Positions 1 through 13,179 of a stretch of 35,220 nucleotides of DNA are shown here, one piece after another. The position numbers and the translations under genes are program-made. Source of the DNA: Trichosphaerium sp. ATCC 40318 (taxonomy: Eukaryota; Protista; Tubulinea). The stretch's first letter is position 1. Each line of letters starts with the position of its first letter. The stretch is taken from assembly GCA_038496445.1 (NCBI GenBank), contig JALMLS010000087.1, forward strand, positions 1 to 35,220, given 5' to 3'. The notes under the pieces were generated by a model. That model was given only the letters and a program-made list of their open reading frames with translations. It was not told where the DNA came from and made no database searches.

Positions 1-175
1 TATAGTATGCCATAGGAACTATTTAAAAAGCCCCTTTAGGGGGTTTGGGGGCAAAGCCTAGCGACTGAGCGCCATAACTCAGTTGTCTCCCTTTGTGGTG
101 AACAGTATCACTTCGACTTTTTTTTCCACATTTTCGGAAAACCAAAAAACACGTGTTTTACAAGTTTTTTTCTGT

Positions 176-530
176 ACTCAAAGGGCGGTTTCATCGTGCC
201 TATCTAAAATTAACTAAAGTGTTTTTTTTCATTTTCTATTTTTTCGTCTTTATTTTACCTGTTAGATTAGCGCCATCACGTGGAATAACAATTGAAGCGT
301 TAAAATCATCAAAAGCTACTTTAGAACCATATCCAAAGAAATACGGAACTGCTTTGTGTTCCGTAGATGTGCCTATACATATAAGTCCTCGGACTTTGTC
401 GGTCGTCGTTCTAAACGAGAAAAACGGTTGTTTTTAGAAGTTTATTGTGCTTACCATTTACCGACAATACTAAATTACCATTATGTACTCCGAAAATAAC
501 AATAAGAAAGAACACCAGCCGAAGCATCAT
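176..530 (-). CDS. Hypothetical multi-exon gene or fragment, possibly secreted
   Basis: ATG at 530 is followed by hydrophobic MMLRLVFFLIVIFGV. A GT-AG-bounded exon reads TTTDKVRGLICIGTSTEHKAVPYFFGYGSKVAFDDFNASIVIPRDGANLT. I could not reconcile splice phases and the 3' end is undefined. Confidence 0.3.
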
Positions 531-2053
531 TATTAACGGAGACAGGTGATTGAGTTTGTATTGACAAAGTTAGAAAAGTGAAAGTGTCAACATTTTTCTT
601 TATCAGACTACGGATTTTTATAGCCGGCTTAACCTCTAATCACGTGCCAACAGCTTCCTTGATGTTGTTGTTGCCAAGACAAGATTCATGCTGAAGAGCA
701 TTCTTTTACCTTTTACGTCCAATGGTACTGCCAAAGTAAGTCTCAGAGGTGTTTTAGTCCTTAAACTGTTTGTTTTTTGAGTGCTTCTTTCTTAGGTCGA
801 CATGGCCATCTAACAAATAATGGGCCGCATCCATTTCCGAGTCAGACAGAGTTATTCGGACAAGGACAATTATTGCTTGGAGATGTTACATTCGTAGAAG
901 AAACCATGGAGTTGAAATACAATATTTACCAATTGCTAAACGGTCTCTTGGCTACTTCAGATTATGTCGTTGCTAGAATCGTTATTGAAGATGGTGAGAT
1001 CAAGTACAAACATGCTGATATTTACTTTGATTTCTTGTAAAGGAATAAAACACTTCCCGATATTCCCAGTTCTTTGTTCAAATACACTAAATTGTTTTGA
1101 AGACTTTTTGGATATCAAAACAAAATAATCAATTCTATAGCTGTAGTTTACATGAGTTTTATTGAGTAAGACACCAAAAGTAGCTTGTAATGTTTCTTTG
1201 GTTGTTGTATCTAAAAACAACTTAAACGCCTTATGCATAGCGGCTTAATTAACTTTCATTACTACAAACAAGTCAGGATTGTTATCATAATATCAAAGGA
1301 AGCTTCTTAAATGGTACCTAAAGTCGCTAATAGTATTGCTATCTCTTAAACTTTTTCCAACACTATCCATGTATTCACCAACACGTGTTTTATGTAAAAA
1401 TATAGAGTTGATAGTAATAGCTGCAAACAAAGTCAGAAAACAGTCACAAACTAAAAACATGTGATAATTTCACGTACCTGAACCAACCAACAGAAACATG
1501 GAAACAAGTACAAACCGTGTGAACCTGTTAATATTGTCTGTTTCATTCAAGTTTTGAGATAGACTGACTTTGAGCAAAAAAATCCAGTTTCTGCCCACTT
1601 GTGCTTAGGAACGTTAGATCCCTATCGTCCATTGGCTCCTACAAACAACACTACACAGATTGGAGAACCTATCTCTTGGCTTGACCGCTTGGTCACGAGG
1701 CCTGAGATCCTTGTTTTATTCAAAGACCTAGACACACAATAAAACTACAATCGAAAACCAAAAACTGTCCGAGTACATCATAGTCATTGCGTATTGCCTC
1801 TAGCCGTTGCTTACTCCTCTAGATTGTTGACTTGTACTTTAAGTCGCCAACCTCCCTTAGTGTCAAACGTCCGCAAAACCAGGTTTGTACAGCCATTACT
1901 TTTCACGTCATTCCTATCCTTTGGATTGCTTCACCTTAAAATGCAGTACTTTTATTAGTGACAAATCGTGTACAGTATCCTTCAGTTTAGAACAATGAAA
2001 TTGAACTGAACGGGAAGGAACTTGTTATTATTAATTACTAAATAACCTCAATG

Positions 2054-3212
2054 TTAACGATGTAGCAGTGCTATTCGTTCTTCATTTAATGACGCCACTG
2101 CCTTTGCTGACCGTTTACTAAACACAAGTTAAGTGAGTATTCTTTTTTTTCTTTCAATTCACCTTGATACACACGGAGCTATAAAACCTGGGTGGAATGT
2201 TGGAAGAGTGATGCTTGATTGAACTGTTCTATATGGTGTTTGAGTGCCTACAATTCTTGTAAGCCAAATATAATAAACAATAAATGATTGAAGAGAACAT
2301 AAGTGCCTGTTGTTTTATCAATTGCTATTGACATTCGTGGGGTTTCAGCAAAACTGTTGATACCAACATTTGTAGTATCATCAAGCCTTAACAGCAAGAT
2401 AGTACCCACAATTGGAGAACCCAAAGTATTAATCGAATCAATAACGCATGCTCCTGGAACAAAAAAAGCTGATGTATCAACAGAATGAATTTCAGAACTC
2501 CCAAATCTTTGAGCAACAGACAACATTGTTGTTTCGCTATCAACTACCACTGTAACAGAAACAGTAAGTCATATTAAGCAAGAAAAAAAGAAGAAAAAAT
2601 TGATGGTTATCAACGTACTTCCAATAAAACCAGAAGGTCTTACTGGTGATATTACGCACGAGTATATTGGAGATACACAATTATTCGTATTTGTTATGTC
2701 AAGTTTGTATGTTGCCACTGTGGATGACGGAGGAAGTAAAACAATGAATGTTGTATCATCAATAAATTGACCGGCAATAGCAAACTCTGGGAAGTCGCCA
2801 GTACATATTAATGTGTTGTCAATTGATTTAACTATTACTTTAAATCTTCCACTAGTTTCTATCATTGTCAAAAGAATCATCGAGCCATCAAATGAAGGTA
2901 CTAAAAAAGCATCATCAGCCTGTAAAACAGCATACTTGGTTTTACATCTGTGGCTCACTTATGGCTGGAAATTGTTCTGATTGAAGCGTAAACGTAGCAG
3001 TGACGCCCAGAGAAGTAGGTTCTGCAAATAGTTAAGTACGAAACAAGGGTAAATATTTTACCATTATTAAACTCTAAGTCTGTATAAAATACTTCAACAT
3101 TTTCAGGATCAGTTAGTGATGAAGCCACACCATAAATATACCCAGGAGAGATTTGGCGACAAGAAATAGATATAATTAAGGCCAATAACGCCAGTATGGA
3201 TGTAAAATGCAT
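2054..3212 (-). CDS. Secreted protein of unknown function (multi-exon; intact paralogue of 17984-19157)
   Basis: Signal-peptide-like start MHFTSILALLALIISISC. ORF-track pieces 2955-3212, 2569-2958 and 2248-2550 join through short GT-AG introns. The last exon reads KRSAKAVASLNEERIALLHR*. Exons and introns align with the copy at 17984-19157. Confidence 0.8.
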
Positions 3213-4021
3213 GTGATCTCAAGAGACGTTGTGATGTTTAGTGTACCAATAGTTTTTGGCTTAAGTGATAAAAGGCACTTGATATCACGGAAGCAGATCA
3301 TCATGAACAAACATTATGGCATTATATTCATTGTGTCAATCCTGTCTTGGCCTTCTTTTGTAGTTTATTATGTTGATTAGTTTGTAGTAAAATACTACAA
3401 TCACGGTTATCCACGAACTCTTTTCTATCACACTTGTTCTTCTTGCTCCATTTGAAACGTAAGCAGTGCTCTTTGTAGTGCAAAAATAGTGATAACTCCG
3501 CACCTCAGTCATGTGCGGATCATTTGACGAAATGTACGCTTTTCAAAATTGGATCTTTCGAGAAACAGCTGTACCATCACGACCGCAATATATCCGTAAC
3601 ACTCTCAGTTATTTCTAACCAATTGAAGTCTGTAATTGTATTCATATCAGTCATGAGTGAATATGTGGAAAATTTCAAGCTTTTACAAAACAATTACAAG
3701 TAGTGATCATGCTTTCTTGTTTTGTTATTCAATTATCATTTGCTACACGATTCTTTTTAAGTGTATAATAAATCCCCTCGTATGGATGATAGAGCCATCA
3801 AGACTCTTCACCTCCAATATGCACCTTCTTTGTGTTGACTATGTCCAATCTAACGTATCAAGGTGACTCTACAACCTGGCACATGAGTCTGGTGGATCTT
3901 GAGGCCGAATGAATGCTTGTATCTTTAGTGCTTTAATACCACAGAACTACGTTGACAATAGCCTGAATTTCACATATTGGAAACACTCTATTTTTTGTAG
4001 AGCAACAGCCATACACTACTC

Positions 4022-6467
4022 ATGTTAAAAAGCTTGTTGGCTATCCTCTTTTTGAACTTTTTAGTAACAATCACGTGCCTGAATTATTTTGGATCATCTC
4101 CGCCTGTAGTTCAAACAAAGAACGGACCTGTTCAAGGATATTACAGTACTTTCTACGCCATATTATTGGTAAGATACTAAATCGGTTTAGATACAACTGA
4201 GGCGCTACCGTTTACTTACTTCCACGGTGAGAGCGTCATTCTCGTAACATTACGTCTTTTTCTTACGATTGTTTCACTAGGTATACCATACGCAACGCCT
4301 CCTATTGGAGATAAGCGTTTTCAGGCTCCACAACCTGTAGACGATTGGAATAAAATCATTGACGCCAAAGAGTACATTCATTGAGAACAAAATCGAAAAA
4401 CTTTTCTCTGAGTTTTTTGTTATGTAGTTTCAAGGAGGCTTGTGTTCAAGGTGGTAGTATGTATACTTTGGATCAAACTTCAGAAGATTGTCTATACCTT
4501 AATGTATTCACTCCTATGCCAATGCACTCAGAAACGCCAGTTTTACTATTCAGTGCGTGAAGTGAAGTGACTTGTCTAGAGTGTATTGACCTTAATAGTT
4601 TATGGTGGTTCTTTTCTGTATGGAGGCACGTCTTTGTACCCTGGTGGACAACTCGCTGCTCAAACAGATTCCATTGTAGTCACCATATCGTATGTTGAAA
4701 AAAAACTTCGAAAAAAATAATATCACGTGACCGAAAAGTCAATTTCTTTTTGTAGATATCGACTTGATGTTTTCGGATTTTATTACAATGAAGATAACAA
4801 ACAACACGAAAACGTTGGATTACAAGATCAAGCGTTAGCTATTAAATGGGTCTACGAAAATATACACGCGTTTGGTGGTAATCCGAGTACCTTGACAGTA
4901 TTTGGTGAATCAGCAGGTGGTATGAGCACGTTGCTACAGAGTATCCTACCACCTACAATTCAAACAGTACCTATACGGTGAGCACCCTTTTTTGAAAATT
5001 CGAACTCTTCACAAGAGTTGCAATACTTCATTTATTACAACCAACAATATCACTCATATTTGAAATCATCCGATAGTCAAATCCTACAGTTCCTGACTTT
5101 CCCACGATAATTACATCTATTATACCTCCATCTGGAGCTATTGTAGGTTGTTGAGTGGGTGCTTCAGTACTAGGTGATGCAGTAGCAAAGGAGCGATTGT
5201 TGTTGACACATTCTACACTGACCATCTATCATTTTATCATTACAATGTTACTTTTGTTCTGACTGTTCTACCACGTGTACTTTATCAATCGTTCTTTTTG
5301 TACTAATAATTGTTTGAGGGCATTAATCGCTGAGAGTCCTGGGCCATGGAGACTTCCCTCAAAAGAAACTAGTATGAAGATTACAGAGAGTGTATTACAA
5401 CTTTTTGATTGCTCTAATACTGAGTACAGTCAACGTTTACATTGTTAAATAATTGATGATTTCTCAGATGCCTGAAAAAAGTACCAGCAAAAACACTAAT
5501 GACTGAAACACAGAAATCTGGCGTATGAGCATGTTTACTAGTGTATGGTTTTCTTGACTGCTAATAGTTATCATACTACCCCACTGTTGGTGGAACCACT
5601 ATCACCGCTCAACCATTGTCTTTGCTCCAAGATGGTTTATATAGGAAGTACCCTATGATAATCGGCACTCAAGAATATGAAGGAAACATATTTATGTTTC
5701 AAAACAGCGGAAAGACACCAGCAGAAGGTATGACCGACTTTGCTGCTGTTACTATACATTTTAGTAACACCTCTAACGTATTTAGGTATTGATGAAGCAA
5801 TGTATAACAAGATAGTCGCTGAATCTTTCGCTGGATATTCTTCTGACTTTATTGAGCTTGTTAAGTCATGGTTTGTGATGTTTGTATTTATAAGTTTGTT
5901 CACGTGATGTTTTTTTTAACAGGTATGTGCCGTATACTAAGGCGAGAGGATATTGGGAGGGCGCTTCTAAGATTTTTGGAGATTCTGGTATTGCGTGCGG
6001 TGTACACTTAGCTTCTCCATTTATTGGAAAATTTCAGCCAGATTCTTACTTTAGATATCATTTTACAAAGTTCCCTGAAGGACCAAACTCCTTCCTTAAT
6101 GCTACGCATGCTTCAGAGTGTAAGTACATGATCTCTTTAAACTTCTAGTATACTTACAAATAAAACAACAGTAGCATACATATTCCAGCACCAAAGTCTG
6201 TTCTTCAATGGAACTTTTTCTCAAGATGACGTCTACGTTTCACACTCAATGGCAGCGTATGATTTTTAACTTCAGTCACATCTTTTAATAATTTATTGCA
6301 GATATTGGAAGTCTATGGCCGTTTTAGGAGTTCCAGGAGCCCCATGGAAGAGCTTTTTTTCTGATTCTGATGTTCTTGAGTTCAATGTACCTCTTGAAAT
6401 GAAAACTCTCGATGACAATACTTGGTCATACTGTAATAACTGGCAAGACATATTAACCAAGTTATAG
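4022..6467 (+). CDS. Secreted type-B carboxylesterase/lipase (cholinesterase-like alpha/beta hydrolase), about 12 introns
   Basis: The spliced product has a signal peptide, VVQTKNGPVQG, GIPYATPPIGDKRFQAP, SEDCLYLNVFTP, the oxyanion motif YGGSF, GLQDQALAIKWVYENIHAFGGNP and the nucleophile elbow GESAGG (~4904-4921). The remaining triad residues are Glu (GTQEYEG) and His (ATHASE). Stop is TAG 6465-6467. Confidence 0.93.
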
Positions 6468-6780
6468 TAATAAATACTTCTCCAAGCCACCAAATTTTTT
6501 CATTTCAAAATACACGTGATATTTTACAAGGCCTTTTTCTTCCAACACTGATCTTGCACCAAAACTGAAATGGCCTATTTTTTGCTACTGTTTACAATGT
6601 GACCTGCCATGTACCATGTGTATACTGTTTACATCACAATCACCACGCTCAATTAGTGTTACAGTAGATGATGTACCATGCATGAAAGATCCATGTAGAC
6701 AAGCTTCAGATACACACGCATTGACTAGGCCACAATAAGATATTCAATGATGATTATTTCTTCTGCATAGTTTAAGAATG

Positions 6781-7731
6781 TTATTTGTGTATCTCTTTGT
6801 GTTGCTTATTGGCTTCCAAGTCCGATTTTGTAGCAACTAACATTTCAATTTTTTCTTTTGAAATCTGTTTACAACCACTTAGAATAACAAGGCGTTTAAG
6901 TGATTTCAAGTGCTCAAAACATTCATTGGTGATCATATCATTAGACATAAGGTAAAGAATTTCAAGGTTGACCAAGTACTTTAATCCTAAGTCTGTAATC
7001 CCATTACACCCACAAACACCAAGCTGCTTCAGGTTGACCAAGTTCTTCAAACATGAGTCTGTTATATTCGGACACCTAATCAAGGAAAGGGTATTCACAT
7101 TTATCAACGATGAGAATCCATCATCAGTCGTCATCTTAGCTTTATCAATAAAGAGCGTGTGGACATTACATAGATACTTCAACCATGAGTCTTGAGGATT
7201 GGAGAGGATAAGTTTATGAACTTCTTTTAGTGCCTTTATTCCTTCAACAGTAATATTCTTGCAATGTCTAATATCGATTGTATGTACACCTTTGAGTGCC
7301 TTTAAAGATACATCTGTGATGGACGTTTCACTCAAGTATATTGTATGAATGGAGCAGTGACTAAAATGTTGTCCTTTGTTTACTAGTCCAACAATATCTG
7401 CATCTGTCAATATGGCACCATTTAAATAAATGGTTCGAACACCACAAAGATAATTCAAGTCGTTCCCTTCTAGTTCTAGATACTCACAAACAATTTTAGT
7501 GTTTTTGAGCAAAGGACTTTCAAAGAGAACACGACAATCTGTTGAATCATGTAATTTGATGATATTAAAGCCAAGATTGTTACGTATGATGTCTCTGAAT
7601 ACACTAGATACTCTACAAGCTCTAATACGCTGTTTCCTGTTTAAAAAACTCAAAATATGAGTAATCGTCTCTGGTGGCATACTTTGAAGACGTGTAACTC
7701 GATTCATAGCTTCTTCTTGCTTGATCGACAT
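6781..7731 (-). CDS. F-box / leucine-rich-repeat protein (intronless, 316 aa)
   Basis: N-terminal F-box LQSMPPETITHILSFLNRKQRIRACRVSSVFRDII is followed by Cys-containing LRRs (e.g. VNTLSLIRCPNITDSCLKNL, LKQLGVCGCNGITDLGLKYL). Single uninterrupted ORF. Confidence 0.9.
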   Translation of the reverse strand: MSIKQEEAMNRVTRLQSMPPETITHILSFLNRKQRIRACRVSSVFRDIIRNNLGFNIIKLHDSTDCRVLFESPLLKNTKIVCEYLELEGNDLNYLCGVRTIYLNGAILTDADIVGLVNKGQHFSHCSIHTIYLSETSITDVSLKALKGVHTIDIRHCKNITVEGIKALKEVHKLILSNPQDSWLKYLCNVHTLFIDKAKMTTDDGFSSLINVNTLSLIRCPNITDSCLKNLVNLKQLGVCGCNGITDLGLKYLVNLEILYLMSNDMITNECFEHLKSLKRLVILSGCKQISKEKIEMLVATKSDLEANKQHKEIHK

Positions 7732-8990
7732 TATTTGATGAGTGTAATGGTCAAACTTGTTAAAAACTCACTGTAGCTTAACCAAACTCCTGACTTGTAT
7801 ATTTGCTCCCAGCCTCCTACAAAGAGTTATCACGTGATTTGGGTCAGAACGTTAGTTGATAAGAAATGTGTAAAACTAGCTTTGTCACGTGATATTGGTA
7901 AAGGGAATTTGTACTTGTCAAGTAGCTTGACAGCGAGTTCTTCGCTGAGAGTATAATATAAATCAATTATTACCAAACAGTGTGTTGAGATGAGCTGTTA
8001 ACACTGATGATTTGCCTAAAAACATCACAGCAGAAAGGATAGATTAACGCCCTTCCGTTATGAATACAAGCAATATTCATATTCATTGTCCCGTAAGCCA
8101 TATTCATTAATATTCATTCATGAATATTCATGGGCGTTTGGTGAGTCAGGATGTTGAGGAGCTTTGGTTTGTAGCACCTAGCAATGTTCCTAATGGATAG
8201 ATTCAACAAGTTGCATTTGAAGAAAACCGAATCGGAATAGTCAACAGAACACCAAAACCCACAAATCCAGTCAAAATCAGCCATCAAATTGCACAATTTT
8301 CTGCCACTGTGTGCATGAATAAGTTCCAAATACATGAAAATAGCTAGTACAAGGTTTGTGGTTTTTCCAAATGAGCGTTATCCATATTTGAGTAATTACG
8401 AAACAGTATCTAAAAAAAGAAGTTCTCGTTTCGTTGCACGCTTTTAGATACAAAACTTGTTCAATGTGGTTTCCACGTGTGTAAATAGCTATCACAGGCC
8501 TTTGGGAGCGTTTTGAAATGTGCATTATCCATATTTGAGTATTTAAAATAGAATTTTCAGTGAACTAACCTTCTAGAAGCTTCTATTAATACCACAATTT
8601 ATTTTTGTGCAGTTTTTATGGGTATAAAAAGAAACGAAAATATTCTCGATATCAGATGGAAGTAGTTCTCCACAGCTAGTTTCGGTTTGACTAACCGAAG
8701 CGACTCACATAAACCCCTCTTAAACCTTTCGTAGTGGCTGACGAAAGTAGACACATAATGGTCGGTCTATAAAACCAATAAAAAATCCAAAAAAAAAAAA
8801 AAAAAGTAACAAATCTATTAGCGGCTTCCGTGATCTTAACGTATCGGTGAACATAGAACTTACTTGGTACCCAAAAAAAAAAAAAAATTCTCAAAAACCA
8901 GCGGCCTTACCTAGGAAGTGCATCTGAATGAAAACAAATAAAAATACCGTGTCCTCACCTAGGGAGGATACTTTTGTTTTTGTTACATAG

Positions 8991-9650
8991 AAAACGTATC
9001 TCTAAGTACTTGGATATTAAGCAGCTCTATACAATTAAAGCAGTAGCTACAAAGGGGTATTGGTGTTGTCTGGTCATGTAAGGTACTTCACATGAGCATA
9101 ATGTGCAACTCTACCACAGCCATAGAAGCTCTTATAGCTACTAAACAACTTAAAACCACTATACCAAGTACAATGATGCATTTGGCTTGCATCAAGGGCA
9201 AACACAATCACTTGGAAATTCTTCTTAAAAACAAATTCGAAACAAGTGTTACTATGGAAGACGGTCAAACACCACTTCACTGCGCGTCGCCATGGACACT
9301 CGAAATCAATTGAATTGCTTTTTGATCAAATTAACAATGACTTAGTTCTTGTTTGCCGGTACTTAACTTCCTTTTGTGCTCGACTGTTAACTCTTTAATG
9401 AGTTTTAAAGGGACTCTAGATAAACCTCTACATACGTTAGAAGAGCAAACTAGATGATGAGGCTATCATTAACGTACTCTAGAAACTTGACAACGAAGCG
9501 AATAAGTCAATTCTGGTTCCGAACGATAAAGGAAAAATACCATTCTTGGATAAGCCCGACAGTATAAAAGCTTTGGAGCTAGCCATACAACCAATACCTA
9601 ACAATAAGCCTTGCCTAGAGATTCAACTTGCTCAGGTACCTTTAAAATGA
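8991..9650 (+). pseudogene. Disrupted ankyrin-repeat gene with F-box-like N-terminal remnant
   Basis: Ankyrin motifs TMMHLACIKGKHNHLEILLKN and DGQTPLHCA (ORF 9092-9313). Upstream RISKYLDIKQLYTIKAVATK resembles the second half of an F-box. The frame is broken by stops and shifts. Confidence 0.55.
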
Positions 9651-10083
9651 GCAAAAACTATGAAGTCGAAACGTTCTAAACCAATGCTTGCATAGACATT
9701 CACTTGGAAGTTGGTGTTTACAACGTTAGTAATCACGTGCTTTTCATTCATTTTTTGACAGTATAAAAGGTATTTTATGGCGTTTGATAAGTGAGAGATA
9801 GTTGTTTAAGTACAGTAGTATCGTAAAACAACATCAGCAAGTAGCAGTTCTATACAATGGCACATTATGATGCAAAAAGTTTTTGTGTTGCTGATTGAAT
9901 TCTTCAATTTATATATGTAATTTGTTGTATATGTACAAGAGATAACTCCAATTTAATAAATGGGAAGGGTCTCTGGGTATGTGATCCAGGGATTGAAGCT
10001 GAGTGAGACATATTCTGCCTCCAATCTGGTATTGTAGATCAACAAGAACACATGAATCTTATGAGAAATGATTTCTATCTAAG

Positions 10084-10889
10084 TCAAAACGATATCGCTA
10101 AATACGATTTGTCACGTATAAATTGACCTTTATCATAAAAATGTACAGTTCTTAATTCACCATCTTCACTCCAAAATATATCTTCGCCCTGTTTTTGTGG
10201 AAAGACTTGTTGTTGTGTACTTACATAAAAGCATTGACGCTTTATTTGACCATTCTTATACCAACTTTTTTCTTCACCTTGCTGTTTGTTATCAACATAA
10301 AAACACTTGTAAGCCATTTGGCCATTATCATGCCAAGCTATTTTATCACCTTCTAGCTTCTGAATTGCTGTACAATTACTAATCGGAGCCTTGCTATAAC
10401 AAATACTACTTCTTTTGATGCCATTCATGTACCAACTTTTCTCTTCTCCAACTTTTATGTTGTTCGAGTACAAACACGTGGATTCCATCCTACCATTCCT
10501 ATACCAACGCTTCTCTTGTCCGTGTCTCTTACTATTGATGTAAAAACATTCCATTTTAACCAGACTTTTATGCTCAGCATTCCACAAGTTGCCTTCTCCT
10601 TCAATTAGGAAACATTGAATGCGCATTGGACAATTAAAATATTTCCTCCATTTACCATGCTTATCAAACGTGCTATTGAATCTTGTAGTTATAGCCATGT
10701 GGTTGGATAAAAGAGGAGCCATTTTATGAATACTTCTCCGTCTAAATCGATAATATCTAGGTGCAACTCAACGGGGAGGGTTAATAGGCAGTAATCAGCC
10801 AACTCTGAGGTATTAATCTACGAGGATGTCGCCGGTTAGTTTATGCTACATAGTACGTTTTAGCCAGCTACCTTTCGTTTTGACGCCAT
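10084..10889 (-). CDS. MORN-variant repeat protein with F-box-like N-terminus (one intron, one apparent frameshift)
   Basis: ORF 10084-10722 has MORN-variant repeats (KRHGQEKRWYRNGRMESTCLYSNNIKVGEEKSWYMNG...). Upstream exon 10889-10872 (MASKRK) and intron 10871-10818 (ACTAAC branch point) lead into LLTLPVELHLDIIDLDGEVFIKWLLFYP, which is one frame off the MORN ORF. Confidence 0.75.
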
Positions 10890-11144
10890 TAAAGCAGGAG
10901 TCTATGAGTATTTTGATTTTATAAGACTAAAAAAATCCGCAATGGGTAAAATGTCAAAAAATTTTGTCAAATGTCAAAGCAATGTCAAAGCTGTGTCAAA
11001 ACTTGGTTCATTCGTTGGCAACTCCTAGTCACTGAAGAGTAATACACGTGTTCTATTTATTTTTTTATTACATTAAACGTGAAATATGAAAAGTTACAAC
11101 GCCTACAGGTTGAGTTTATTCTTGACACAAACCAATTGGTTTGC

Positions 11145-13072
11145 ATGTCAAAATCTGTTGTACAGATTGCAACAGAATACTATTATTCTATTCTCATCCA
11201 GATTAACTTCTACATGCAGTTCAATGCAATGAAAGTAATTGTAAACTCGGACAATCTGTTTTTGGTTTGTCCATCCAAAGTCACGTGACTTGGCTTTTTA
11301 GTCGTAAAAAGTAACGAACTTAATAACACTTCCAGATTGGCTATGGCTACGTTAAAGGTTATCACGTTTTCGGCTTTAGCAGCAACAGGTGAAATATGTT
11401 GCTTAGTTGCCGCTGGTAAGTGAAATAAACAGGTTTTTGCCAACGAACAAACAAACGCGTAAACTCACTTATTTAAGGTATTACGATGACTCGTATAGGC
11501 GTCTTAAGTGACAATACAGTACAGAGTATTTCAAACCTTATAAAATCACTTATTATGCCATCACTGCTATTCGCAACAGGTCCGCCACCTTTTTTTTTCT
11601 GGCAAAAAGCCAAAAAACAATACAAAATTGTCAAAAAAGGTTATGACTTAAAACATTAAGTGTCTGACGTTGTAACACTTTCTCAACTTGTTAAATACTG
11701 GCCTACATTCGTATTTCTTTATTTATATATTGCACTTGGTCTCTTCATTGGCTGGACGATAGGAAAGTGCGTGAGAATAATCAAAGAAACTTATCCTTAT
11801 GCCTTTTAAACTCAGAATTTTCCGCACATCGACTTCCTTTAAGTATTACTTGATGTGTGTTCTTGGACTCTCAAGTACCGCAAGTTTTGCTCTTGCTTAT
11901 ACAACCTCTCTCATAAAAAATTCTCCACAAGTGCGTAATGAGCGTAAGTAGACATGTTTTTCTAATCATCCAATAGCTTTTTCAATCCGATGCCAAAGAA
12001 TCCACCGAGATACTCTTAGTACATCCTATTTTTTATTAAAACCCTTTACTTATTAAATAGAATCGGAGCACATCGTATGTACTGTTGATTGCTATATTCA
12101 TGCAATTTCCGACATGGTTGATTGGTTTTAATCTCTTGGCAAAGAATAAGGATGTAAAATCTTTAGTTTCTCAACAAGCACTAAGACAAACTTTCTTTAG
12201 AAGGAAGAATCAAGCAGTTCATTTGACAATATGATACAAACCATAAGCGATACAGAGACGGAGATGCTAATCGAAGACTCTGGAACAGAAGATGTTGTTG
12301 AAGATGCTGAAGATGTTGTTGTTGAAGAAATACAAGAAAACAACTGGCAACGTATTAAAAGATACTCAAAGCTAGGTTACGGCATGTTAACTCCTCCAAT
12401 TTGTGTGGGTGTATTAGGTACGCAGAAGACTGTGTTGTTTACAGGTTCCGTTGCTAAGCTTTGTTAGCTATATTTATTGGCTGCGTACCACAAGTCCGTG
12501 CTTTGTTTCATGAAAGTAAATACTTCAGTGGCACTCCGCCTTTGAGTTTTATTACTACAGCATGTACACTGATTGGAAACTGCCTGGTGCCACTTGCTAT
12601 GATAATTCTAGGAAGTAAAATAGCCCGTGTAAGTCTTCTTTTTTTTTTCTTTTTTTTATGTCACCACAGCAGCTTATAACTCCGCGGACTTACGATTTAT
12701 AGGGGCCACCAAAAACTGATATAAAGTTTAAGTGGCTATCAGCAATTTGTTTTATCAAGATGGTGCTTATACCTGCTTTGTTTACATTTGGTATAGTGTT
12801 TTTCTTGGCTCATAAAGTAATTGGGTTATTCGATAATGATAAAGTAATGTTGCTTGTTCTTATGATAGAAGGATGTAAGTAGTATATGAACTGTTCAGTA
12901 AGTTCTTGTAACGTTGTGGTTAGGTGCACCTACATCCGTCACTGTTGTTGTAATGGCAACTATTCATGGAAATATGTCAAATGGAGTGTCTGCGTTATTG
13001 TTCTATCAGTACATTGCAGCAATCTTAACTGTATCTTTAAGTGCAATGGCCATCATGGCTTGTATGGGATAG
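11145..13072 (+). CDS. PIN-LIKES / auxin efflux carrier (AEC) family membrane transporter, multi-exon
   Basis: Spliced segments include GVLSDNTVQSISNLIKSLIMPSLLFAT, NRSTSYVLLIAIFMQFPTWLIGFNLL, an acidic central loop, TPPICVGVLAIFIGCVPQVRALF, PLSFITTACTLIGNCLVPLAMIILG and DKVMLLVLMIEGCAPTS. These match the family layout. The 5' exons are approximate. Confidence 0.85.
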
Positions 13073-13179
13073 TTGTATCAAACTGTAGTGGACTGTGCAA
13101 TACGAGAGTTGAGTCATAAACATTGCTGTTTTTTCAATTGAAATCGTTTTCTTTCATCTGCATAGTAAAATGAATTTTC

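Noticed and set aside
660-1500. Overlapping ORFs 777-1040 (+) and 957-1238 (-)
   Set aside because: No recognisable motifs, multiple stops in the extended frames, and I cannot decide which strand, if either, is coding.
3300-3990. Coding-like minus-strand fragments between the secreted-protein gene and the esterase
   Set aside because: Interrupted by stops and no family was recognised.
8070-8545. Short ORFs with faint Skp1/BTB-like flavour, ATATTCAT microrepeats and a 17-bp direct repeat TTATCCATATTTGAGTA
   Set aside because: The similarity is too weak to support, and the repeats are short and AT-rich.
11145-13072. Auxin carrier as evidence of plant-derived transfer
   Set aside because: PIN-LIKES/AEC proteins are widespread in protists and fungi, and this gene has host-style introns.
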